NCBI GenBank assembly: GCA_964199315.1
Contig: OZ116698.1
Coordinates: forward strand, 31,620,001 to 31,684,000
Reading direction: 5' to 3'
Length of the DNA: 64,000 bases
Source: Orbicella franksi
Taxonomy: Eukaryota
Made by a program: the position numbers and the translations under genes. The notes under the pieces were generated by a model, which did not search any database, was not told the origin of the DNA, and saw nothing but the letters and a program-made list of their open reading frames with translations. Positions 13,360-26,515 of the stretch are shown here, piece by piece (the stretch's first letter is position 1; the number at the start of each line of letters is the position of its first letter).

Positions 13360-16300
13360 ATATATAGACACTTGCTTGATGCAAGGCTGTGCATGCAGAT
13401 GTCCGTACCATTGCTATTTTATCCTTGAGTCAATGAAAAGCCATTCAGAACAAAATTAAAATAAACAAATATACATAAATTAGCATAATACAAATAATTT
13501 CAATTATCAGTTTTCGGTTGAACTTCAGTTATATGTAACCCTTTCAGCTCCTTTTGACAGGAACTTTTTGAAACTTTAACATTTCCCTAGGTATAGGCGT
13601 CATTGGCAAAGAAAGAACAATAAGTAAAGCTACTAAATTTGCTTTCTCCACTGTCTGAAACTCTTGACCCAAATCCCAATATTAGCCACCGCGCCCTTTG
13701 CAAGTCGGGAGAACACGAAACGACATTAAATTTACATTTTTTTCTGCTATCAGTCATCGAACGTATTCGACGTTCATAATACGCATTTTACCAGGAGACA
13801 TATTTTTTCCCACCAGAAAGAAGTTGATTTCAGTATCTATGCCATCGAGAGCAAGGACAAGCCAGTTAAAAAGGGACGTTTTCCACAGTAAAGAAGGTTT
13901 TTGGTACTTTTCAGTAGTTTTCACCTCGGACCATTTCAACGACTAGTGGTTTTCTTGTAGCTCAAGTAGCCTTATACCATAGTGGAGGATAAAAAACGCC
14001 GGAAGCAGTCTTTCAGATCTTAGGAACGAAATATCGTTTACAGCGCCCCCATACCTTAAAATATTTTTTTAAAAAAGGAATGTTGAACAAGATTTTGGCC
14101 GGAATGGGTGGTTATATTTCATTGTTGAGAAGAACTTCTCTGAAAGTCTGTAGGTGCTGTGATCGAACGGTCAAAGTAAGCTTTCAAGTAATGGACATTT
14201 TCAGGAAGAAAACCAGTAAATCTCAGTCCAAGAATCTAGGGAATCAAAACATGTATCTTCAGATCCCACCTTTCCTCGATCGTGCCCAGGCCCCGCACCT
14301 GGGTAGAAGGACAGATGGCTCTGGCACGAAAATGGGCCCTGCTTTTTCTAGAGTTATAAATAGACTGTACCACGCTGCCGCCGATCCTTTTGGTTTACCA
14401 GCTGTCTGACCTCCAGTAATGATTCAATTTAGTGCCTTCGTTCCAGTAGGGTATCGAGTCTAGTAATGGCTCCCTCTTGAGAGCCATTTTTTTAAAATAA
14501 GCGCCCTTATTCCGACCTGCGCCCTCTTCCAGTAAGCACACCCATTGTAAAAGTTACATGTCAATTCAAGACATTGACGTACATGTAGGACCCAGTGGAC
14601 TGATCTGCTTTCTCGTCTGAACGTAATGTTGAGCATATTGGCCGTTTTCACTGTAAAAGAGCGGCGATGTTTTTAGACGAACAAGTCGTCTTCTCAGACG
14701 GCGTAACGAACACGATTTTGGAGGTAATAGTCCTAAGGCTTTGTCCGTGGATTTGTCTATAAACGCGATTCTCGGAGGCCCTGTTTTTCGTCTAGTAGCG
14801 AGAGTCGTCCAAAAGCCGACTTAAATTCACTAAATGATCGTTTCTCGGTAGAGTGGGGCTAGCGAAAGGGGCGTTGATTTGTTGTACACCGCGAAAGCAA
14901 CCGGCTATTGTTTCACCCAAAGGTGGGTGAAACAGGAGCCGAAAAAGGCGGATGCTCCCGCAGGCTGTTTGTGGTTGCAACCACGAGGGCTGCTCGTAAC
15001 AGTGTCAAAGAAGAAAAATAAAGAACCAGTCATGGTGGCTTTCCATTCAAATCATTACAACGATTAGTGGTTTTCTTGTAGCGTCTACATGCTCAAGTAT
15101 AGTGTGATATTGAAATAAAGGTTCGACTAGTTAACTCTGTTGTAAGTGTCAGTCCTCGTTGAGATGGCGTGGCCATTTTTTACAGGCAGGGCAGAATGCG
15201 GGGTAACCAGACTGAGGTTGTTTCCAGGGCTTCTTGCATTTCAAGCTCGTCTGTAAGTTGACTTATCCGTCTATTTATTCGAAGAATTGTCTGTCCAGAT
15301 GATTTGTCTGTTATTTAGGGCACGTGTGAAAACAGCCATTAACTTGAAATAAACCAGGGAATAGTGTTATGCCTATAACCTACTATTCTTACTGTGAGTC
15401 TACAGTCCTTGAGTTACACAACCTGTTGTTGTGCTGCATCCTATGCTAAAAGTCAAGAAGAAATAATTGCCCAGTCGCTAGTAATCGCCCCTCGGCAATA
15501 GCCACCTTGACGCAAATCAACACACGAGGTGCTAAATATAACAGTGCTTAGCTCTTGTGGTCTATTTTGGACACGTGTACGCCGGACTTAAAACACCTCT
15601 CAAAATATTTTGAATTTCATTCGTGCACTAGTCCCGCAAAACAAAAGATTTGTTACGTAATCAGATCGGATGAAAGGGACGCTTTTCACGGACGAACAAT
15701 TCCACGTGTTGTCGAAAAACCGCTTAGCTATAAATAAATCAAATATAGTTACTAGATCGCCTACACTTCTCTCTTGGTTAAAGAAGAGTTGTTTATACAA
15801 TTGCTCCAAACATGCGTTAAACGATCATACTCCACCACAAGCTGAGAATTACTCGAATAGATTTTAGTAATGGAAGATATCTTACGGTCTATAGACAAGC
15901 TAATGAAACGTGGTATTTTCTTTACTAGAAAGGTGTGTTTCTGCGCTGGTTTATCTCGAGTTAAAAAAGAGAAGTTTAGCGAAAGTTGATGGGAGATAGC
16001 AATATAGGAAGTTGAGTCGAAACAACGAAAATAACGGGTCTGCAATGCAGATCTTTGCGATATTCTTTGTCGCGTGACCGCCATTAAAATGCGTGCGTGT
16101 TTTCCGGCCGGAAATTGTCTTTTTGCGTGACTTTAACATAGAATATTTAAATTACACGTGTTAACATTAAATCCTTTACAAACTAGCGTAAACAATAATT
16201 TAAGACTTCGTTGTTCCCCAGTGTCAGAAAGACTAAACATATGTACGAAAAACAACACAAAACAATTTTCTTGTGCTAACCAGAACAGTAAACGTGTCTT

Positions 16301-17984
16301 GCGCCAAGGTTATCACGGTGTAAGCTGACCGCAACTTAATTGTTGACAAGATTATTTTTGGCATTTGCCCAAGTCGCGTGACGCTTTGACGTCGTCGGAA
16401 TATAACCCAAATTGACCCGACGCTTTGGTAAACACGAGACATTAATATGCTCACGCAAATCGGATGACGTACGTGAGTGTTTTGAACTTGAGATTCTCGG
16501 TTTCGAGTTTAATCGCTCGCACGTCATCGAGGTCGTCGTGTGATCGGCAATTAATGGGAAGTCGACCCGAACTGAGTAGAAAGCGATCGGATGACGTTCG
16601 AAAGCCATTTTGGTGAGAGCGGAAATCCGAGTTCACTTCAGGACCGACATTGTTACTCACTTACCAAAGGAATATATTGCTTTTATATAGAACCGATGCG
16701 TAAAATTCATATTGTTTAAATTTTCTTGACTTTTCATGCATGTATAATTTTGGTTTCAAGCAGCTAGCACGTACGTGTTGCTTTGTCAGTGTTAATCTTC
16801 TCAAAATAATAGCATCTTTCAGAAATGATTTACAGCAATGAAGAAAAGATAAAGTTATCGTGGAAAATGGAAAACAGCATGTAAACAGTTGACTCATGAA
16901 AGTTTGCCGCCGGCTCCATTGATTATTCGCCAGGGGGCAAACAAAATTGCAACAGAACGGTTGAAGCCATAATGTTTTTTTTTTTTAATATTAAAAATAA
17001 AAAAAAAAGAGAGAGAAGAAAAGAAACCTAAGCATTGAGCGAATAAGTAAACAAAATATAACAATTAAAGGGTAAAAGTTGATAGCTGTAGAGGCAGTGG
17101 CTGCAGTACATGTTATGCCGCACAACAAAATATGACTTGGTGGTATTACTAACACTGCTAAGTCAGCAGTTCGTCTTAACAGTAGAGGAGACTGAGATCT
17201 ACTCAAGACAAAATATTTTATTTCAGTTCTATCTGCTTGGTAACATTTCACCGACATAAGAACAGTGATTGTAAAACTTTTCAAAACGTGAATCATCGAT
17301 GTACGGTTCATGTGAGCTTTCCTCTTGTTAAGTTTTTCGATTTTATTTAATTTAACAGTGTAGTTATATCTTAATGACTTGCTAAAAACTACCATTTGCT
17401 TTAGGTTTATTTTAGACCCTTATATGCAGCCAGTCCCATAATTTACTTTGTAGCTATCGTCCTGTCCAGCAGTACTTTATTTACGTTTCATCTTTAGTTG
17501 AATCCGTCTGGTCAACAGTATTACACCAAAGAGGCTTACCAAACTTAAACAAACTACCGCACACGGTTGTGATGAATTTGAATTTTCCATGTTATTTACC
17601 GACTAAGCCAAGTAAGGTTTTGTTATTGAAGATAATACGTAATGGTATTTACTTTATGATACTGCTTTTCTCGTGAGTAACTAAGCTTCTCATCTCCGTT
17701 ATCAGTACGGAACACCTCTTCTTAAAATGAAGTTGTAAATTAGGTTGCGAGTATCAATTCGGATTACAAAGGAAACATGGAAGATTCAAATTCGTGGTCT
17801 TTCTTTGTTTGTCGTATGATGTACACAGAAATCAGTAATAAGATCTAAAAGCAGACCTAATTTGACTCTGATGGTCCTGAAATTTTAACCAGCGCAGATT
17901 AAGCAATTTTACCTTTTCCGATTCCTTACAATTTATTTACACACTGAAAATGCTGAGCGAAATTTTGTTTTCTGTGTTGTTTTG

Positions 17985-20260
17985 TTAACTACTGTCATAA
18001 CCTGGTCTAAAGCACAGGTACGCATAAGCTGGATGGTAGGGTGCATATCGTATCACAGGAACAGGCGTGTACGAGGGGTAGAATATACGACTTCTGTTGC
18101 TCGAGTCATCGGATTCTACCGCTCTGTCTTGGTCACTGTTTGTGTCCTCCATCTTTTGGTTTGTTCTTTTTCCTTTTGATCGACGATTGGAAAACCAGAC
18201 CTGAGAAAAACGACAATAAGTATTTGTCAGAACTGTATCTGTATCAGTCTGCTGTGGTTCCCATACAACCGGCTTATACATGGGGTCTTGGTAGCGAGCA
18301 AAACCTTCTTTTTAGAGTTCCTCTCATTAACACACGGTATAAATTATTTCAATCTACGGGGGAGAGTTGGACAATCAGTGTAACCCATTCTCTGAGGTTC
18401 AATTAACGAGATACCCTGTTGATATGGAGTTTCGGAAGTTTTTTTGTCGGAAATCGATCAGACTAACTTGCATGCCGATGGGCGGACATATACGGTACAT
18501 TTTGTTTTTGAAATGAGAAAACAATTATCTTTCTGAAGTCTGGAAAAATAACCTTTTAGTCTGTGGATTTGATCCTGATGTTTTATAAAAAGAAACACTC
18601 GTGTCGAGGTGAATTCACGTGCTAAGCACATGTTTTACAAGTTTAATCGTGATTCTACCTCGTAAGTCTATAGATGAAATGAAGCTCCTGGGTAATACTT
18701 TATGTCCTGAGCTAGCCCGCAGCTGTTAGGACCGGGTCACGAGAAAGGTTTGCAGACGAAACTCACCTGAATTCTCGATTCACTGATGTCCAATCTTTCT
18801 CCAAGTTCCTCGCGAGTCAGCACATCCGGGTATTGTGTTTTCTCGAAGGCTTTCTCCAGTTCTCGAATTTGATGTGGAGTGAACTTTGTTCGATTTCGTC
18901 TTCTGTAGTGTCTCAGCTTTTGCATCCCACTTGTAATGGAGGCAATGTCGCTGGCACTTACTGCAGCTGGTGACGAGGAAGTCGATTCTGCAAACGATCA
19001 ACAGAACATTGTAACAAACATAAATACAGCATGAGCCGGGTCCCTGGATAACCAGGTGACTCCCAATAAAACAACGTAACTCCTAAAGATAAGTTTAGTA
19101 TAGAGAGCAGCGACTGTTGCTCAGTTATGACAGCAATTCAGTTCATTTTAAAATCTGAATAGCGAAAAGCTTCTGTGGTTTCAACACTCTGCCATAAGAC
19201 AAGAGAGTGATTACAGACCGTCCTCTTTGGCATCTAGGTCATCCTTAAATTCACTTTATGGGTTTGAGCGACTTATTAATCCCTTCAGGTTTAAGTTTTC
19301 TTGCACTGTGACACCGATATAATAGTTTGAAGTAGTCTTTCGTATCACATTTCCGTCGCCAGGCAAGGTGCTCAACAACCTTATGTTTTCATTTAAAGAT
19401 CCTGTCTTACCCGGCTCTTCTTGAGAGGAAGATGACGTGGAAGGACTCAAGCTGACAGTTCTTGTCTCCTCGTTGATACTGAGGATATTAGCAATGGAGA
19501 ATGATCTTCTCTTGGGTCTAGGCTTGGGTTTTCCAGCATCCCCACTGTTTGTGCTCGAAGTATCACCCTCACTCTCTGCGTCACTGTTTTCTCCCTCAGA
19601 CTTTTCCATATAGTCACTTCCAGTTGACTTGACCCTTCTTAGCATCCTGCTGATGACAGTTAAGGGTGGCAGACTTTCCTTAGTGCAATAACCGTCAGCC
19701 ATTAGCTTTTCTTTGACTTCCCAGGAGAAGATTCCTGGCGTTGCGCGGCGATACTCCTCAATTTTGTTCTTCACTTCCGAGCTCACATCTCTCGATGTCT
19801 TCCTCTGCGCGCGGCCGGGTTCAAACGATCCAGTGTCGTTGTATTTGGAAAGCAGCTTACTGATGCAGCCATGTGAAACTTTCAGTTGCCGGCTGATATC
19901 ACATGGGCGGATTCCAAGTTCAGCCATTTCGATGATTCGTTGACGAACGGAGTTTGGAAGTGGTTTGCCATTTACAAAAACTCCACCTAGCTGGTTGAAC
20001 TTCCCGTGACCTACAATAGTTTAAAAAATAGTTTAGTTGCAGATACATCCATTGTACCGCAAGCCTGACTAATTTTCATTAACGAGTTGGCCACCGACAC
20101 TTCTTCGCAATAATAATTCCGATTAGATAGCCATAGGCGGCTGTGGCGCCATTATTACCTCATATCCTCAGTCTAACTTGGAAAATTAAACAGAGATATC
20201 CCGAAGAAAGCTTTATTTAGAAGGTATACCTGGGCAGTTATTCAAGCAGTCACTTCTCAT
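17985..20260 (-). CDS. PaxD: Pax gene A (Pax3/7 / PaxD-like): paired domain, octapeptide, S50 homeodomain, 355 aa. Exons 20260-20230, 20010-19411, 18987-18767, 18200-17985
   Basis: Spliced ORF: [11 protein letters not shown]|[18 protein letters not shown]...SHGCISKLL...[16 protein letters not shown]; octapeptide SFSIANIL; homeodomain RRRNRTKFT...[10 protein letters not shown]...IQ|VWFSNRR with the PRD-class intron between Q46 and V47. KIEEY and FSWE are Pax3/7-type. The symbol denotes the class only; paralogue number is not assigned. Confidence 0.92.
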
Positions 20261-22789
20261 TAGATTCGAAACCTCCTCTGGCTGCTAAAAAAACACACCG
20301 AGGAGAGTGTTTGTGGTTCTCCTGTCACGACATGAGGCACTGAATACACTGAAAGCTTTTTATTCCTGTCTGCCGGTGCAGAAATAAACTAAAGCAAACG
20401 AAAGACTCTTTAGATATAGTTGGCCCCTGAAGACGTTAAGGGCAACTTTGCCACAGCGTTTAAGGCAAACATCACAAATATGTCTTTGGTTGTTCCTGTT
20501 TTGTTTTGCTAATCATTATCATTATCTCCATCCGTTTTCACGTTATACCTTATGGAAGTTATAATTCGCAGCAACACTTTGTTACTCGCACTCTTGGTTA
20601 ATCGATTCCTGGTCACTGTTTTAGATCTGACTAACCAGTTTAGCGTGCTTCAAAGCAGCGATGAATTAGTTCTAGTCGGTAACAGATTTTTGGATGGCCG
20701 GTCTTCGATGCAAATCATTAGTTACTGACACAGCAAAACCTGATATAAATAAAATTTTTAAAACGTGCCTGCTGTAGAGTTGATATCCGTGAATTCCATT
20801 ATGCCTTTCCCTGGCTGCCAATTTTCAAATCCAGTTCCCAAAATCGTAGATAATGAAGCGTTATTATAGTTTTGCTGTCCGCTTAGCTTACCACGATACC
20901 GCGTTTTTCGAATTACTCAATGTGTGACTGAAGCTGGGTAAGTTATAAGATATAATGTGGGCGGGAGAACGTTTGACGTCATTGGTCATAACAAAGACAA
21001 GTGCTGCTTTCCTAGTACGTGATCGTGAATAAATCGTCTGTACGGGCTGTTTACATTTAGATTCTACTTCCGCTGTAAATTCGCAACTTTGTATGTTGTC
21101 CATTGAGAAAAATGGATCACAATAAGAGGATGACAATTGTTTATGTCTGTTTTTATCACAGTTAAGTGAAATTGGAGGGATGCAAAGCGAGGCTAGCAAG
21201 TCTTTCAGCTTCTACTTAAATGAACACAACTTAACCACGCTCTTGGACACGGAAATCGTTCATTTGGTACAAACGCAGAAAATAATTCTAGAAATCTATG
21301 CATTTTCCTGAAGAACACATGTAAGAAGCCTTAATTTATCGTGGGCGTTCTGTTCTCGCTTTGTTAACCGGTTAAAGCTAGACGTAAAATATGTCTATTT
21401 TATCTAGTTTTCCGCAAATGGAATTATACAGGACTATTTATAAATTTATTGCGAACTTACTCGACAATTAATGCACCTGTGTGGCTGTAATGATTAGTAT
21501 TTTAGTCGGAGGCAACTTTTAGACAACCAATCAGGTAAAAAAAATATTTGAAATTTAAAAAAGTTTCGCAGGCATTTCATTTGGGCAGGAAAGCTCTCCT
21601 GCCTTCTTTGTCCGTCAACGGAAATAAACGTGCCAACTGAACAAGATTATATTTTTGCCTAAGTTTTAAATAGCTGTCTGTTGTTCGTTTTAGCGTGCCT
21701 CAAGCGCGACCGCTCGAATGATTTTGTTTTGACGGCCACGTCAGTTGGTCTGGTGGCCCTTTGTGTTGTCTCTGTAATTGGATACCATTTGCTGTTCACG
21801 TGCGACTGATATAGCGTGACGTCTGACGGAACGCCCAAGGGCAATACAAACTTAGCGAGATAGCATGCATATTTTATCTGGGTGGGTGGGTTCTTAGGTC
21901 ACGCGAAACTTCCGGTGCGAAGAAAGAAATATTCAGCAGTCCTTTGCCGTTGTATTGCGAAACAACAAAGGCCAAAACAAATCAATACAACGAATCGCGC
22001 TTATTTTTCTTCCTTTCAAAGTGTGGAAATGAAAGCTTTGTTCAATCGCAAACACTAGATTACTATGTATATGGAGTGCCAAAAAACTTGTTGTCGGAGG
22101 AAAAATAATCGCGGAAAAAGAAAACAGTAACAATTTCTGTTAGTTTCGCGAAATAACCGATACCAACGAGAAAACAACTTCTAACTAAAAAATTATATTT
22201 TCCCAAAACGGAAGTCCTCACCACAGCATAGCGTTCAAAATAACAATAATAAAATAATAATGAAGACAGGAAGTTTAAGGAGCATATTTCGCAACACCGT
22301 TCACCACAGGTCTCGATGCCTACTGCCAAGCATGACTTCCTGTATAAAGATGGATATACGTAACGTCAGTTCAAGTTGATTTTGAACGCCCACGTATCTG
22401 TCCGGTTTCACGTGTAGAACAGCTAAAGTAATCTTAAATATATAGCCAACTCACGAAAAAATAAAATACTCCTGTAGAAGTGAAAAAGGCTGGTTTGAGG
22501 TAATTATTGGAATGCTTTATACGTAGGTGATGTCCGTTCTTTCGTTTTCAACAGCGACGGGAATGAGACAGGTGCACTCAGTATGTAAACATTAGAGACA
22601 GGAAGTTAATGGTAACTGAAGTGATTGCGAAACGCGCTGACAAGTTCACGGTCAAGCATAAGACCACTAAGATCGTAAAAATCTCTCTAAATATTGGCTC
22701 AGCACTGTCACGCCGCTAAACTGCGCGTGATCTACAAGCCTTATACCGGTGTGGTTTTATGTCTTGTCTGGGCTCCTGGTCTTGTTTTT

Positions 22790-22791
<2 letters not shown>

Positions 22792-22841
<50 letters not shown>

Positions 22842-22935
22842 TATTATTGTTGTTTTGTTTCGTTGTGTATGTGTGTGGGTTTTTTTATTTATTAATTCAT
22901 TAATTCATTTATTTATTTATTTATTTATTTATTTA
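22792..22935. repeat. (ATT)n microsatellite followed by (TTTA)n
   Basis: Directly visible at 22792-22850 and ~22905-22935; a G-run follows. Confidence 0.95.
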
Positions 22936-24348
22936 CTTTACTTTTTATTTTTTGGGGGGGTGGGGGGGGGGCCCTTGTGTGTGCGGGTTTTTTATTTTTG
23001 GGGGAGCTTACAACGCTAAATTATCCGATAATTTCAATTTTCATTAAATATATTGCTTGTCCCCCGCGTGTAGGTGTAGAACCCATTAGATCTTGTGTTA
23101 CATCAACAAAGGACTCTACATGCAAGTTCTGCTCACCCGAGCTCGTCACGGCACCTGTCGTATGAGCGACTTTGCACGGTTAAGGAACATACATTAAATG
23201 ATTACATTATCTTGCTTAGTTCTAATGGGGTTTAAAACCAATAACTCTTTTTTGGTTCCAGCTTTTTGAACGTGAAACATAAATTGGATCCGGTTCCTTG
23301 CTATCTAGTTAAAATTCACCGTATTTTATTTTTAAGGTTCCGCTGTTTGCGTCTGTATTAATCAAACAGAAATTCAGAAGAGTGTTCATTATGAGCTGTA
23401 TCAGACTCCGGGTTGTCAAATATCCCTCGTCCACAGTCGAGATCTTGTCACAGGGCGGATCTAAAAAGCTGAAAAGTTTTCTCAAGAAAAGTTTTGCTCA
23501 CTAATCACCGTTAGTCAGTCCTGGCTATAAAACTTCTCTTCTCGACCGATTTTATCACATGACGATGTTATCAGATGTTCTTTGTAACTCGTAAACCAAT
23601 GTGCGCGCGTGTACTGAAATGGTAAGCTCCATCACGACTCCAAATCGTTTCTTTTTACACCAAGTCAGTGAAAATTACAATACATACAGTGGAGTTGGAC
23701 TGATCCGGCATCCAGTCAATATTTTTAACATTCAACAGTTTAAGAATGGTTATGTGAAACTTTGATATTAGTACTTTCCTGAGAAAAACTCATAAATGAT
23801 GAAAAAGCTGATTCTTAACTGTTTTCATTTACACGGATTATCTATTAAGTTTCCTTTTCTTTTTTTCTTTCTCTTTTGTGATGTTTCATGGTCCCGGTTT
23901 GTTGTACTGATGGGAACTCATGATGGGCCGTAACTTACCAAACTATGTGCCAGATGTCACGTACGTTATTTATCATTATCAAGTTAATTAAGTTTTAAAT
24001 GAACTCTCGTTGCGGGAGAAACTATTCTGCCTTTCGGTACATTGGGTCATATTGTCCACATTCTTGCTTTTCTTACAGCAGAACAATATTGAAAGCAGCT
24101 TTGTTACCATCAATATCATAATTAGTAACTCACGTTTCACTGAGTTTGTTTCATATTTAATTTATTCAAGCTCAATAACATCTTGTGTGCGACGACGAAC
24201 ATATTGGGCCGCATTCTCTTCTGTAAGTGAGTCCCTTAAACTTTGTTTGAACAGTTTTTTGATCTTTTTTGTTTGCCAACCTCCAAAACATTGAGTTCTA
24301 GGAGTTCCTCCACGTTCACCTTTTAGAAACCAAATACATATATACTGA

Positions 24349-26515
24349 CAGTCCGGGATCGTTATCAGATTTGATAACCATGTGACGTCACAACATGGCG
24401 GCCATTTCAAACACCGGGAATTTTCGTATTCACTTCGCTTTGCTCGTTATTTTTTCGATTATACTCGGGTAATTTACCCATAATTCTATTCGATAATTAC
24501 CAGAAAAGAAGGAGCCTCATGTGTTTTGAAAATTGCGGTTGAAGACCAGCGTAAACGATGTAAAATGCTACTCGTAAAGTGAAACAGCGCTTGCAATTTT
24601 GCATCCAAACCAGGTATGTTTTTCATTTTGTCATTAGATTTAAGTTACTTGGAGATTTTTGCGAAAATCACAAAAAATATGTCGTTAATCTTCACGCCAT
24701 ATTCTTGGGATTTAACGTGTTTGTAGTGTTGTGCACGATCTGTGAAAAAAGTGCGCGGGGGTATTTTGATTTGCGATGTGTTGTTCGTAACGGCGGCCAT
24801 ACTTACAGCTGTAATTGATGTGTTCCTAGGTATTGAGATGGCGGATGCTGGTACCCATATAATCAAAATAGCAACTAAGTAATGTAAGTAACTTACATAA
24901 ATCATCTAAGCCCCTTCAGAAAAAATTATAGCTCTTAGTGAGTCGCTCGATTCATGGTACGGCAGTCCAGGTGGTCGGGAAACCACTTGCGAATCTAACA
25001 TTAGTTGTTTATTTTCTTTTGAAGGGTTACCATGAGTTCAAAATCAAGAGGCCAGAAGGAACTCCTTTTCATGTCCTTCCTGAAAATTGGAAACAAAGAC
25101 CCGTTCGCACTTCGTTGTGTTTTGCCAGAAATTAGAGAAATACCCGAGACACTTCTAGACGTGCCACAGTCTGGTATCCAAGAGCGCTAAGCAAAATTAC
25201 ACTTTGAGAGAAGTTGCTGGAAGACAGATAGGCCCGGTGCAATACTTCTTAAACAGGGAACTAAAACACCTTTTGGACTGCCGGAAAATCGGCAATCACA
25301 TTAAAGGGTAAGTTGTCTATATTTTAGAGTCAATTTCAACAACTCGCGGTCCTGAAATATTTTCCGGAAATGCCGGCCAAACTAGGTCAGTTTTCTGGCA
25401 CACCAGTCGTTATATAATGAAGCTTATTGTTGGATTTAGCGAGTGATCTATGATACAAAAACATATTACGTGAATTATAGTTTCTTTTATATGAATCGGT
25501 CATTAAAAGCTTTTTTCCATATCACCGAATGCACAACAATAGACTACTGATCTACAACTAAAACAATTTTTTTCCGGAAATGCCAAGACTTCCAAGTTGA
25601 CTGTCACATCTCACGACATTAAGTGCTGGAGGTGTATCACAAATTAAAGTAAACATACCTACTATATTTTTGTTGTTGTGCCAGAACCATATCAGGCGAG
25701 CCCACAACGAAGATGGAAACGAAATGTACAGCACAGCGGAGGGGATTGAATTAGCAATCGCAGAAATGGAATTAGGCGAGGGATGGGATATGGCCATCGA
25801 GGTAAGCTATTCTATCTTCAGTATATCTGGACAGAGATTCGACAGAGGGAGGGTCGCGAACTGTTTCGATACTTTTATTTCCATTTCATAGTAATGAATC
25901 ATAGTAGGAGATGTTTCGGTCCTAACCACGCTTCGCTCATGCAAATTGAACGAAATTCAGTTACAGCTCTCCGCTTGGAATATAGAGGCAACTTGTTCAG
26001 TGTCAATTTGTGAACTCAAGATGTATTTACTGTTAGTGTTTCGTTTATATTTTATACAGACTGTTGAACAGCCAGCTTCACCAACTAGCAAGAAAATGAA
26101 GACTGAGTGAAAATAGAAGCTATCATATTAGTATCAATAAATAACGCTTTTGTGAACAGAATAACTGTTGTCTACCTTTGTGTGTTTTTACTCGGAACAA
26201 ATATTATACGGTGTCGATCTGAAAATAAAACTTTTCGCGGTAGCTTTTGGACAAAGACAGTTTTCTTCAATACATCTCTGTTTCTATTCCATAATCCAGT
26301 AACCTATTGTGAAGCAAACATACAATTAACTAAATGAAATTGCATTGTGATGTTGTCAAAAAAGTAACTCCTTTCATCGCAGCGCCCCGTCGACCGCCAT
26401 ATTGAATTATACACTGTTGCTACCAAATAATGTCACGTGAACGAAAACTTGTGCAGCGATTGGTTAATGGTTTGTTTTGGTCGAGGTTATCAAATCTGAT
26501 AACGATCCCGGACTG
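24349..26515. mobile_element. 2167-bp TIR DNA element with perfect 31-bp TIRs and 5-bp TSD, containing exon-like remnants
   Basis: cagtccgggatcgttatcagatttgataacc (24349-24379) is the exact reverse complement of 26485-26515. ACTGA flanks both ends (24344-24348, 26516-26520). Confidence 0.85.

Noticed and set aside
19713-19943. Similar plus-strand ORFs at 19713-19943 and 28736-28966, and minus-strand ORFs over the C/D/E paired boxes
   Set aside because: Antisense shadows of the paired-box exons; their similarity only reflects the paired-box identity.
22694-23019. Poly-Leu and poly-Ile ORFs that look like signal or TM peptides
   Set aside because: Translation artefacts of the (ATT)n microsatellite.
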